From: an uncultured Pelagibacteraceae bacterium | GTDB lineage: Bacteria; Pseudomonadota; Alphaproteobacteria; Pelagibacterales; Pelagibacteraceae | Assembly (NCBI GenBank): GCA_902540785.1 | Contig: CACBOA010000004.1 | Location: forward strand, 3,082-67,081 | Direction: 5' to 3' | DNA: 64,000 nt | Shown here: positions 1-14,026 of the stretch, one piece after another | Layout of the letters: each line of letters starts with the position of its first letter | Position numbering within the stretch: position 1 is the first letter of the stretch | Translations under genes and position numbers: made by a program | Notes under the pieces: generated by a model | Told to the model about the DNA's origin: nothing | Database searches by the model: none | The model's input: only the letters and a program-made list of their open reading frames with translations

Positions 1-633
1 AAAAGATTAATTGTGGACGCTTTTGCAAGGTTTCAAATTGTAGATCCTTTAAAATTTTATATTTCTGTAGGGAACGAAAGAGTGGCAAGATCAAGATTGG
101 CAACGATTATTAATTCGAGAATTAGAAATGTTCTAGGTCAACAAGAGCTTCAAACTTTATTATCTGAAGATAGAACAAAGCAAATGGCTTTAATTCAGGA
201 AGGGGTTAATAATGAAGCCGAAAATTTTGGAATAAAGATTAATGATGTAAGAATAAAAAGAGCAGATCTTCCTCAAGCAAACAGTGATGCGATCTTTAGA
301 AGAATGCAAACTGAAAGGGAAAGAGAGGCAAAAGAGTTTAGAGCAAGAGGTGCAGAGATGGCTGTGACAATTACTTCTACGGCAGATAAAGAAGTTACGG
401 TGATTTTAGCTGATGCACAAAAAAAATCAGAGATTATGAAAGGTGAAGGTGATGGTAAGAGAAATAATATATTTGCTAGTGCCTTTGGACAAGATCCAGA
501 ATTTTTTGCATTTTATCGAGCAATGCAAGCATACGAAAAAGCTTTGATAGGAGGTGAAACTTCATTAATTTTATCACCTGACAGCGAGTTTTTTAAATTT
601 TTTGGAAATATAAAGCAGCCTCAATCAAATTAA
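1..633 (+). CDS. hflC: Protease modulator HflC (5' truncated by window edge)
   Basis: Open frame from base 1 (KRLIVDAFARF...); SPFH-type DVRIKRADLP and RMQTERERE.KEFRA.G; C-terminal DPEFFAFYRAMQAY. Confidence 0.95.
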   Translation, partial: KRLIVDAFARFQIVDPLKFYISVGNERVARSRLATIINSRIRNVLGQQELQTLLSEDRTKQMALIQEGVNNEAENFGIKINDVRIKRADLPQANSDAIFRRMQTEREREAKEFRARGAEMAVTITSTADKEVTVILADAQKKSEIMKGEGDGKRNNIFASAFGQDPEFFAFYRAMQAYEKALIGGETSLILSPDSEFFKFFGNIKQPQSN

Positions 634-639
634 ATATTA

Positions 640-825
640 ATGAGTGAATTGATCATTGCATTTGGTCTATTCTTATTTATTGAAGGTATATTATATGCCA
701 TATTTCCATCAAAAATGAAAAGTATGTTAAAAAAATTGGAACTAATTCCCTCAGGACAACTTAGGACTGGTGGATTAGTTTTCGCGGTAATAGGTTTTAT
801 AATTATTTATTATGCGAAGATATAA
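640..825 (+). CDS. DUF2065/YjeT family small membrane protein
   Basis: 61 aa, two hydrophobic helices, LFLFIEGILYA.FP and LR..GL motifs; usual position after hflC. Confidence 0.85.
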   Translation: MSELIIAFGLFLFIEGILYAIFPSKMKSMLKKLELIPSGQLRTGGLVFAVIGFIIIYYAKI

Positions 826-2230
826 AAAAAAATTAAGAGTATTTCTTATCTCTATATTATTGTTATGCAATAATTCGCTTTCCTCTTTTTCAAAGGAAAT
901 TCCAGGGTCATTTGCTGATTTAGCAGAAAAATTAATGCCATCAGTTGTAAATATTTCAACTACAACAACGGTTACCACTCAATCTAATCCCTTTCCATTT
1001 CAGTTTCCACCCGGCTCACCATTTGAGGACATGTTCAAAGAATTTGGAGCTCCTCAAGAAAGAAAGTCTGCTGCATTAGGATCAGGTTTTATTATTGATG
1101 AAAAGGGAATAGTAATTACTAATAACCACGTAATTCAGGATGCAGAGGATATCATTGTAAGAGTTAACGGTGACAAAGAGTTTAAAGCTGAGGTAATTGG
1201 AGCAGATCCTCTTTCTGATATAGCAGTTTTAAAATTAGATTCTAATGAAAAATTCATTCCAGTTAAATTTGGAAACTCTGATAAAGCAAGAATTGGTGAC
1301 TGGGTAATTGCAATTGGTAATCCATTTGGATTTGGTGGGACTGTTACTTCTGGAATTATTTCAGCAAGAAATCGTTCATTAGGACTAACTCGATATGAAG
1401 ATTACATACAAACAGATGCATCAATTAACTCTGGAAATTCTGGTGGTCCTCTTTTTGATTTAAACGGAGATGTAATAGGAATCAACACAGCAATTCTTGG
1501 AAGAAGTGGTTCTATAGGTATTGGTTTTGCAATACCGTCTAACAGTGCAAAAATTGTAATAGACCAGTTAGTAGAATTTGGTGAAACTAAAAGAGGTTGG
1601 TTAGGTGTTAGAATTCAGGATGTTACAAAAGAAATTGCAGATGTTGAAAATTTAGATGAGCCTAGAGGTGCATTAGTTGCTAGTGTTGCTGATAATAGCC
1701 CTTCACAAAAAGCTGGTGTAAAGGCAGGCGATATCATACTTGAATTTAATGGTGAAAAAATAAAAGAGATGAAAGAACTTCCAACAATCGTTGCTAGAAC
1801 AGAAGTTGGAAAAAATGTAAAAGTAAAAATTTGGCGAAATAAAAAAGAGATAATTAAAACAATCACACTTGGTAGATTAGAAACTTCAGAAGATTTTAAA
1901 GTTGCTGACAAAAAAACTTCACCAAAAGAGACTTTAATAGATGAACTAAAAATAAACGTAAGGTTGATAAATAAAGAAGATATTAAAAGTAGAAATTTAC
2001 CTAACCAAACATCAGGGTTGGTAATCACTAAAATTGAAAATGATAGCCCGCTTAAAGGGTCTATTGAATTAAATAGTATTATTTTAGAGGCTCAAAAGAA
2101 AAAAATAAGATCGATAGATGACTTATCTGAAGTCGTAAAAAAAGTTTTAAATAGCAATCAAAAAACAATTTTACTAGTTATTTATAATAGTCAAAATCAA
2201 AGAAGATATATTGGTATTAAATTGAATTAA
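812..2230 (+). CDS. htrA: DegP/DegQ (HtrA) periplasmic serine protease with PDZ domains
   Basis: Signal peptide; TNNHV, DIAVL and IQTDASINSGNSGGPL catalytic motifs; RGWLGV PDZ start. Confidence 0.95.
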   Translation: MRRYKKKLRVFLISILLLCNNSLSSFSKEIPGSFADLAEKLMPSVVNISTTTTVTTQSNPFPFQFPPGSPFEDMFKEFGAPQERKSAALGSGFIIDEKGIVITNNHVIQDAEDIIVRVNGDKEFKAEVIGADPLSDIAVLKLDSNEKFIPVKFGNSDKARIGDWVIAIGNPFGFGGTVTSGIISARNRSLGLTRYEDYIQTDASINSGNSGGPLFDLNGDVIGINTAILGRSGSIGIGFAIPSNSAKIVIDQLVEFGETKRGWLGVRIQDVTKEIADVENLDEPRGALVASVADNSPSQKAGVKAGDIILEFNGEKIKEMKELPTIVARTEVGKNVKVKIWRNKKEIIKTITLGRLETSEDFKVADKKTSPKETLIDELKINVRLINKEDIKSRNLPNQTSGLVITKIENDSPLKGSIELNSIILEAQKKKIRSIDDLSEVVKKVLNSNQKTILLVIYNSQNQRRYIGIKLN

Positions 2231-2233
2231 TTT

Positions 2234-3142
2234 ATGGATTTAAAATCCAAAATTATTTTAATCTACGGACCCACAGCATCAGGAAAATCAGAATTCGCAG
2301 TAAAACTTGCAAAAAAATTAAAGGGTGAAATTATAAACGCTGATAGTATGCAAATATATAAAGAACTTAAAATTTTATCTGCTAGACCATCTAAAAAAGA
2401 TTACAAAAAGATTAAGCATCATTTATATGGATTTCAGTCTGTAAAAAAAAATTACTCATCAGGAGAATGGCTGATAGCTGCCAAAAAAAAAATTTCCGAT
2501 ATTAAAAAGAGAAAAAATGTCCCAATAATAGTTGGAGGCACTGGTTTATATTTCAAAACATTAACTGATGGGATAGTTAACATTCCGAAAATTCCAATTC
2601 AAATTAGAGAAAAAGTTAGGAAATTGAACAGTTCTATCGGAAATAAAATTTTTCTAAAAAAATTAAAAAAACTTGATCCAAAAATTCAAGATTATGTCAA
2701 TCCATCTGATACTCAAAGATTAATACGAGCTTATGAAGTTAAACTGTTCACCAAAAAAACATTACTTGATTGGTATAAGGCAACTAAATCAATTTTTGAA
2801 GATAAAGACTTTTATAAAATTTACATCGATTACCCAAGGGATATTTTAGTGAATAAGATTCACAACCGTACTCAAGACATGATCAATAAAGGCGCCATTT
2901 TAGAGGCTAAAAAATTTTTGAACATGAAGGTTTCAAAAAAAAGAACTGCAACTAAGGCAATAGGCTTAATTGAAATTAAGGACTTTATTGATAAAAAAAT
3001 TGATATTAATGAGGTTATTGAGAGAATATCAATAAAGACTAGGCAGTACGCTAAAAGACAGGTTACTTGGGGCAGAGGAAATATGATGGATTGGAACAAA
3101 ATCAGGCATACTAGGCTGAACAATTTTATTAAAAATATTTAG
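2234..3142 (+). CDS. miaA: tRNA (adenosine(37)-N6)-dimethylallyltransferase
   Basis: GPTASGKS, NADSMQIY, VGGTGLY, TRQYAKRQ.TW. Confidence 0.95.
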   Translation: MDLKSKIILIYGPTASGKSEFAVKLAKKLKGEIINADSMQIYKELKILSARPSKKDYKKIKHHLYGFQSVKKNYSSGEWLIAAKKKISDIKKRKNVPIIVGGTGLYFKTLTDGIVNIPKIPIQIREKVRKLNSSIGNKIFLKKLKKLDPKIQDYVNPSDTQRLIRAYEVKLFTKKTLLDWYKATKSIFEDKDFYKIYIDYPRDILVNKIHNRTQDMINKGAILEAKKFLNMKVSKKRTATKAIGLIEIKDFIDKKIDINEVIERISIKTRQYAKRQVTWGRGNMMDWNKIRHTRLNNFIKNI

Positions 3143-3160
3143 ATATTTTTTTTCTTTACC

Positions 3161-3190
3161 TTGACCAATAAGCACAACTTCAGCTAGATT
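3161..3190 (+). promoter_or_regulatory. Putative sigma70 promoter of ilvB, likely leaderless transcript
   Basis: TTGACC (3161-3166), 18 nt spacer, TAGATT (3185-3190), then 6 nt to ATG 3197; no SD sequence. Confidence 0.6.
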
Positions 3191-3196
3191 GCTTAA

Positions 3197-4962
3197 ATGT
3201 CTAAATTATATTCAGGAGCTGAAATTGTTTTTAAATGCCTTGAGGATCAAGATGTCGAATTTATTTTTGGTTATCCTGGAGGTGCAGTTCTTCCAATTTA
3301 TGATGAATTAAAAAATCATTCTTCTATAAAGCATATATTAGTTAGACACGAACAAGGTGCCGGTCATGCAGCTGAGGGTTATGCCAGGTCGTCCGGTAAA
3401 CCTGGTGTTGTTCTAGTTACTTCTGGACCGGGAGCTACAAATGTAGTTACAGCTTTGACTGATGCTTATATGGACTCAGTACCATTAGTATGTATATCAG
3501 GACAAGTACCAACGCATTTGATAGGAACAGATGCCTTTCAGGAGTGTGATACAACAGGAATTACTAGACCATGCACAAAACATAACTGGTTAGTAAAAGA
3601 CATTAAGGAATTATCAAAAACTCTTCATGAAGCCTTTAGAGTCGCCACAACAGGAAGGCCAGGTCCTGTTTTAGTAGATATTCCAAAAGATATTCAATTC
3701 GCAAAAATCAAATATACGAAACCAAAAAAAGAAAAAAAATCTAATGGAAAATTGCATAACAATTTTTCTCAAGATGAAATTAATGAATTAGTTGACTTAA
3801 TTGCGAAAGCAAAAAAACCTGTAGTTTACACTGGTGGTGGAGTTATCAACTCAGGCCCAAAAGCAAGTGACTCGTTAAGAGAGTTTGTGAGAATGATTGG
3901 TTTCCCAATTACATCAACATTACAAGGTTTGGGAGCTTTTCCTGGTGACGACAGTCAGTTTATAGGTATGCTTGGTATGCATGGAACTTATGAGGCGAAT
4001 AATGCTATGCATGATTGTGATTTATTAATAAATATTGGAGCAAGATTTGATGATAGGATAACTGGAAAGATAGACGAGTTTTCTCCAAAATCTAAAAAAG
4101 TTCATATTGATATTGATCCATCTTCGATTAATAAAATAATAAAAGTTGATTTAGCAATCGTGGGTGATGTGAATGAGGTTCTCAAAGCAGCCGTTAAAAC
4201 CATTAGTCAAAAAAAAAATGGTTTTAAAAATTCAAATAAACAAAATGTTTCTAAGTGGTGGGAAAAAATTGAAAAATGGAGAGAAAAAAACTCACTTGGT
4301 TTTATAAATAGTAAAGAGACTATTAAACCCCAGCATGCTGTGCAAAGATTATACGAATTAACAAAAAATCAAGACACGTTCATTACTACAGAAGTCGGTC
4401 AACATCAGATGTGGGCTGCACAACATTATAAATTTAATAAACCTAATAGGTGGATGACATCTGGCGGACTCGGAACAATGGGGTATGGTCTCCCAGCTGC
4501 AGTAGGTGTTCAAATTGCGCATCCTGATAAGCTTGTTATTGATATTGCTGGCGAAGCATCAGTGCTAATGACCATGCAAGAAATGTCAACAGCAGTCCAG
4601 TATAATCTGCCAATTAAAATATTTGTTTTGAATAATCAATATATGGGAATGGTAAGGCAATGGCAGGAATTACTTCATGAAAAAAACTATTCCGAAAGTT
4701 ATTCAGAGGCATTGCCAGATTTCGTAAAATTAGCAGAGGCATATGGATGTAAAGGTATTAAAGCTGATAATCCAGATGAATTAGACCTCAAAATAAATGA
4801 AATGTTAGAGCATAAAGGTCCAGTAATTTTTGATTGTAGAGTTGATCCTAATGAGAATTGCTTTCCGATGATACCATCAGGAAAACCTCACAATCAGATG
4901 ATTTTAGGTCCAAATGATAAAAAAGATAATAAAATTACAGGTAAAGGAAAAGCCTTAGTTTA

Positions 4963-4963
<1 letters not shown>
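3197..4963 (+). CDS. ilvB: Acetolactate synthase large subunit
   Basis: FGYPGGAVLP, RHEQGAGH, TSGPGATN, GTDAFQE, GMVRQWQ. Confidence 0.97.
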
Positions 4964-6554
<1,591 letters not shown>

Positions 6555-6592
6555 TTTCTTGATCCAAATTGGGTAAATTTAGCTGATTTATT

Positions 6593-6620
6593 TTGCAATC
6601 TAAACGATAGGTTGTATATT
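6593..6620 (+). promoter_or_regulatory. Putative promoter of leuA-mre operon
   Basis: TTGCAA (6593-6598), 16 nt spacer, TATATT (6615-6620); AGGGAA before ATG 6638. Confidence 0.4.
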
Positions 6621-6637
6621 TCTTAGGGAACAATTTT

Positions 6638-9249
<2,612 letters not shown>

Positions 9250-9252
9250 AAG

Positions 9253-10482
9253 ATGGCCTCTAGCAGAGATGATTTTATAATTGCAATTCGTTCTGCTTTT
9301 TTAAAAAAAAGCACTCAACAAAAGTTTTCATTATTAACTTTAGTTTTTATTTCCATTTTTATAATTGTTTTATCTAGTTTTGATTTAAAGTTCATAAGGT
9401 ATTTAAAGGCAGGAATTAGTGAAGCAGTATACAGGTCTTCCTTTATTGTCTCAATACCTGAAAACTTTTTAAAAAATACTTTTTTTGAAATAAGAGAATA
9501 TTCAACTTATTTTCAAAATTATAAGACAAACCTAGAAGAGCTCAATGAGTTAAAGTCTAAAAGCATCTCGGATAAAATAACTCAATTTGAGAATGAGGAA
9601 TTAAAAAAGCTTATTAATAATTACACTTTAAGTTCAGATAAAATATTAGCCAAAATAATTGTTGATCATGACAGTCCATATTTGAGAAGTATTATTATTA
9701 ACAAAGGTAGTAAGGATAATATTAAAATCGGCACCAATATTTATGACAGGTCATATTTAATTGGTCGAGTAGTTGAGGTAAATTATAAAACCTCAAGAGT
9801 TTTATTGTTATCTGATCTTAATTCAAATGTTCCTGTAACGATAGCACCACAAAATATTCAAGCAATAATAACAGGTACTGGTGAGAACTATGGAGAAATA
9901 AAATATATTAAAGAGGGTATTTCAGATTTAATTTTAAAGGATAGCATTGTTTATACATCAGGTACGGGTGCAATTTTTAAAAGTGGCATCCCTATTGGGA
10001 GAGTGGTTGTTAACGATACAGGGAGTTCAAAAAAATTTAAAGTAGACTTTTACAGTGATTTTAGTCAATTGAAGTACGTTTTCGCCGAATTAGTTACCAA
10101 AACTGAAGTTAAGAATGAAGTTCAGCAAGTTGAAATAGAAAATTCACAAAAAAACAATACTGTGGATACAAAATTACAAATATTAGAAGACGAAAAAAAA
10201 ATTATTGAACAATCCAATTTAAGATTTAAAGATGAGAATGAATTATTAAAAATTACGATTAATAATTTAAATAAACAAATTTTAGACTTTAGAAATGAAG
10301 TTTATGATCAAAAACAAATAATTGCTCAGTATAATATTGATTTGGATGAAATTGATTTTTTAAGATTGAATTTAAAATTTGGTCATGAATGTCGTAAGTC
10401 TTTTTTAAATAATGACGGTTTTGAAGTAGGAACTTTAGAATATAAAAGTTGTGTAATGAATAAAGGACAGGCTAATGACTAA
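9253..10482 (+). CDS. mreC: Rod shape-determining protein MreC with extra C-terminal extension
   Basis: N-terminal TM, ENEELKKL coil, IIINKGS, LIGRVVEV, VYTSG.G.IF..GIPIG; about 130 extra residues at the C-terminus. Confidence 0.9.
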   Translation: MASSRDDFIIAIRSAFLKKSTQQKFSLLTLVFISIFIIVLSSFDLKFIRYLKAGISEAVYRSSFIVSIPENFLKNTFFEIREYSTYFQNYKTNLEELNELKSKSISDKITQFENEELKKLINNYTLSSDKILAKIIVDHDSPYLRSIIINKGSKDNIKIGTNIYDRSYLIGRVVEVNYKTSRVLLLSDLNSNVPVTIAPQNIQAIITGTGENYGEIKYIKEGISDLILKDSIVYTSGTGAIFKSGIPIGRVVVNDTGSSKKFKVDFYSDFSQLKYVFAELVTKTEVKNEVQQVEIENSQKNNTVDTKLQILEDEKKIIEQSNLRFKDENELLKITINNLNKQILDFRNEVYDQKQIIAQYNIDLDEIDFLRLNLKFGHECRKSFLNNDGFEVGTLEYKSCVMNKGQAND

Positions 10483-10981
10483 TTTTAAATCAAGAGGTTT
10501 TTACTTTAAATTCTACTCTTTTTTGCCAATAATAGTGTTATTCGTTTCTGTATTAAATGAATTTGACCTAAATTATTTGAAATTTAAATACTTCTCGTTC
10601 AATTTTCCTTTTATTTTAATTTTTTTCTTTACTTTAAAAGATTTTAAAAATTTTGATTATCTTTTAGTTTTTCTAGCAGGCTTGATAAATGATACGGTTG
10701 TTGGATTGCCTCTAGGAATTAGCAGTTTATCTTATATATTAATCTGTACCGCAACCTCTTATTTGAGAAATATTACAATTAGACCTAACCCAATAAAAGA
10801 TTGGTTTTATTTCTTATTTGTAATAAGTCTGATAAACTCAATAAATTATTCAATTTTGACTTTATTTTTTTCATACGACCTTTTACTTCTGAGTTATCTG
10901 GTAAATATTTTTTTTACTTTTGTTTTATATATACTTTTCACTTATTTATTTAAATACTATTTGAAGGGGATAAATGATTAA
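10475..10981 (+). CDS. mreD: Rod shape-determining protein MreD
   Basis: 168 aa polytopic membrane protein with FLAGLINDTVVGLPLG, between mreC and PBP2. Confidence 0.85.
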   Translation: MTNFKSRGFYFKFYSFLPIIVLFVSVLNEFDLNYLKFKYFSFNFPFILIFFFTLKDFKNFDYLLVFLAGLINDTVVGLPLGISSLSYILICTATSYLRNITIRPNPIKDWFYFLFVISLINSINYSILTLFFSYDLLLLSYLVNIFFTFVLYILFTYLFKYYLKGIND

Positions 10982-12848
10982 TTCATCAAGTGATAACGTA
11001 AAAAAATTAAATTCGATTAATCGTAGAATGTTTATAACGGGATCGCTAAAGTTTTTTATTATGGTTGGAATTATAAGTAGATTGTTTTTTTTACAAGTTA
11101 AAGAAAATAAAAAATATCTTACACTATCGGATAAGAACAGAATTAGAGAATGGAAATTAGCTCCTGTTAGAGGCGAGTTTCATGACTACTTTGGTAATGT
11201 GATAGCTGGTAACTTTGAAGCATATCAGTTACATGTGATACCCGAGCAAGTAGAAAATTTTAAGTATGTTATCTACAGGCTAAAAGACTTATTAGAGTTA
11301 TCTGACACAGAGTTTAAAAAAGTTTTAAAGAAGAAAAAAGAAATTAAACCTTGGGAAACTCTAATAGTTTCAAACAACTTAAGTTGGGATAAATTTTCAA
11401 AAATAAATAACCATTTGTATGACTTAAATGGAGTAAAACCTGTCATCTCTATTTCAAGAAATTATCCTTTTAATGAAAATTTTACTCATATAATTGGTTA
11501 TGTTAGTCAGGCAAATGAGCAGGATATTGAAAATACAGAACTAATAAAAAAGAATTTTGTACCTGGTCTTAAAGTTGGAAAAATTGGATTAGAAAAATCT
11601 TTTGAGGAAAAATTGATTGGAACTAATGATATTGAGAGATACGAAGTAAATGCATATGGTAGACGAATAAGTCAGCTTGAGTTTCAAAAAGGTAAAAAAG
11701 GTCAAACGCTAAAACTTACAGTCGATACAGAAATTCAAAAATTAGCCAACGAACTATTAAAAGAGAAAGCAGGATCTATATGCGTAATGGATATATTTAC
11801 TGGTGAAGTTATTGCTATGCACTCATCCCCCTCATTTAATCCAAATTTGTTTGTTTTTGGTATTAGTCAAGATAATTGGCAAATAATCCGTAATGATCCA
11901 ATGAAACCACTATTGAATAAAACTTTGCAAGGTAGATATTCTCCAGGCTCAACATTGAAACCCATTGTAGCCTTATCTGCTTTAGAAAATGGAATTATAA
12001 ATACGAACTTTACTGTCAGATGTACTGGAAAAACCGAGTTGTATGATCAAACTTATCATTGCTGGAAAGAAGAAGGTCATGGATATGTTAGTCTTAGAAA
12101 CGCTATGAAGATGTCATGTGATACTTATTTTTATGAGATAGCAAGAAAACTTGGCGTAGATAAGTTAAGTGAAACTGCAAAAAAATTTGGCTTAGGAAAA
12201 AAAGTTTTTGATAACTTGTTTGAAATTGAAAAAGATGGACTAATTCCTAATACACAATGGAAAAAAAATGCTTTAGGTAAAGGATGGTTATTAGGAGAAA
12301 CAATAATTACTGGAATTGGTCAGGGATATATTCAAACTACACCAATTCAACTATGTTTAATGACAGCTCAAATCGCTAATGGAGGATATAAAATTTACCC
12401 AAAAATAATTATAGATGATAAAGATAAAATGAAGCCAGATGATTATTACACCCCCCTTTATAAAAATTCTAGAAATATAAGAATCATCCAAGATGCAATG
12501 TTTGGTTCTACTAATGAAGTAATGGGAACTTCTTATAGGTCAAGAATTGACAATCCAAAATATCAATTTGCTGGCAAAACAGGAACAGCCCAGGTTAAAA
12601 AAATTACTGAAAGAGAAAGAGAGTTAGATCTAAAAACCTCCGAGATTCCTTACGAACAAAGAGATCATGCTTTATATATCGCGTACGGTCCATATGTAAA
12701 CCCAAGATATGCACTAAGTATTGTGGTGGAGCATGGTGGTAATGGAAGTACAACCGCCGCTCCAATGGCAAAGAAATTATTTAAACTTATTATTGATCGA
12801 CATCAAATGAGACAGTCAATTAATGAAAAAAAATATTTGGAGATTTAG
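10974..12848 (+). CDS. mrdA: Penicillin-binding protein 2
   Basis: PGSTLK (SxxK), SCD (SxD), KTGTAQ; N-terminal TM. Confidence 0.95.
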   Translation: MINSSSDNVKKLNSINRRMFITGSLKFFIMVGIISRLFFLQVKENKKYLTLSDKNRIREWKLAPVRGEFHDYFGNVIAGNFEAYQLHVIPEQVENFKYVIYRLKDLLELSDTEFKKVLKKKKEIKPWETLIVSNNLSWDKFSKINNHLYDLNGVKPVISISRNYPFNENFTHIIGYVSQANEQDIENTELIKKNFVPGLKVGKIGLEKSFEEKLIGTNDIERYEVNAYGRRISQLEFQKGKKGQTLKLTVDTEIQKLANELLKEKAGSICVMDIFTGEVIAMHSSPSFNPNLFVFGISQDNWQIIRNDPMKPLLNKTLQGRYSPGSTLKPIVALSALENGIINTNFTVRCTGKTELYDQTYHCWKEEGHGYVSLRNAMKMSCDTYFYEIARKLGVDKLSETAKKFGLGKKVFDNLFEIEKDGLIPNTQWKKNALGKGWLLGETIITGIGQGYIQTTPIQLCLMTAQIANGGYKIYPKIIIDDKDKMKPDDYYTPLYKNSRNIRIIQDAMFGSTNEVMGTSYRSRIDNPKYQFAGKTGTAQVKKITERERELDLKTSEIPYEQRDHALYIAYGPYVNPRYALSIVVEHGGNGSTTAAPMAKKLFKLIIDRHQMRQSINEKKYLEI

Positions 12849-13976
12849 ATGTATCAACATACTAGATTAACAAATAACAATTTTACTTTTTTTCAAAAAT
12901 TTAGAAATTTTGATTACATTTTACTAATTTGTATTTTGTTGCTTGGTTTTATTAGTTTAGCAACAATGTATTCGACTGATGGAGGTAAGATTTTGTTTCA
13001 TACAAAAAGTCATTTTATAAAATTGATGATTTTTACAATGATGATGCTTTTTATCTCATTTATTAATATTAAATTTTGGTTTTCTATTGGCTACCTATCT
13101 TATTTGGGTGTGGTCGGTCTTTTAGTATGGACATATTTTTTTGGAATAACTTCCTCAGGGTCACAAAGATGGATGAACTTATACTTCATAAATTTACAAC
13201 CATCAGAACTTATGAAAATATTTATAATTTTATGTTTGGCAAAGTACTTCCACAGGATGAAATTAGAGAATGTTAATTCTGTCTATACAATTTTAACTTC
13301 ACTCATAATTATTTTATTACCCATGGGTCTTGTGATAGTTCAACCTGATTTGGGTACTTCAGTACTAATAGCTGTTAGCGGAATAGCTGTTTTGTGGTTT
13401 GCAGGAATTAATCACAAATATTTTATTTATACTATGTTAGGTTTTGTAATTTCGTTACCATTTGTAATAGCATTTTTAAAACCTTATCAAAAGTTGAGAG
13501 TTTTAACTTTTCTAAATCCAGATAAAGATCCTCTTGGTGCGGGTTATCAGATTATTCAATCCAAAATTGCGGTTGGATCTGGAGGTATTTTTGGAAAAGG
13601 GTTTTTAAAAGGTACTCAAAGTTATTTAGAATTTTTACCAGAAAAGCATACTGATTTTATATTCACTCTGTTTTCAGAGGAGTTCGGCTTTGTTGGTTCA
13701 GTGGTTCTACTAGTAATTTATATTATTATAATTTATCGCATAATTGCTATTGGAGCTAATTCTAGAAGTTATTTTGCTAAACTTTTTTGTTATGGTTTTG
13801 GAGCCGCTATTTTTGTTTTTATTACAATAAATATGAGCATGGTTCTAGGCTTGCTACCTATAGTTGGATCTCCATTGCCAATAATGTCATATGGAGGCTC
13901 TTCAATGTTAGCTACCATGATTGGCTTTGGAATAGTGATGAGTGCGAGGGTACACAGCCAACAATTAATCGCCTAA
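12849..13976 (+). CDS. rodA: SEDS peptidoglycan glycosyltransferase RodA
   Basis: QPSELMK, QPDLGT, GYQIIQSKIAVGSGG, LPEKHTDFIF, SYGGSS. Confidence 0.96.
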   Translation: MYQHTRLTNNNFTFFQKFRNFDYILLICILLLGFISLATMYSTDGGKILFHTKSHFIKLMIFTMMMLFISFINIKFWFSIGYLSYLGVVGLLVWTYFFGITSSGSQRWMNLYFINLQPSELMKIFIILCLAKYFHRMKLENVNSVYTILTSLIIILLPMGLVIVQPDLGTSVLIAVSGIAVLWFAGINHKYFIYTMLGFVISLPFVIAFLKPYQKLRVLTFLNPDKDPLGAGYQIIQSKIAVGSGGIFGKGFLKGTQSYLEFLPEKHTDFIFTLFSEEFGFVGSVVLLVIYIIIIYRIIAIGANSRSYFAKLFCYGFGAAIFVFITINMSMVLGLLPIVGSPLPIMSYGGSSMLATMIGFGIVMSARVHSQQLIA

Positions 13977-14026
13977 GTATAATTTGTCGCTTAAATTTTT
14001 TCAGAGAATAATTGTATATTTTTTCA

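Noticed and set aside
6555-6637. Possible leucine attenuator upstream of leuA
   Set aside because: No Leu-rich leader ORF and no terminator hairpin; the gap holds only promoter-like elements
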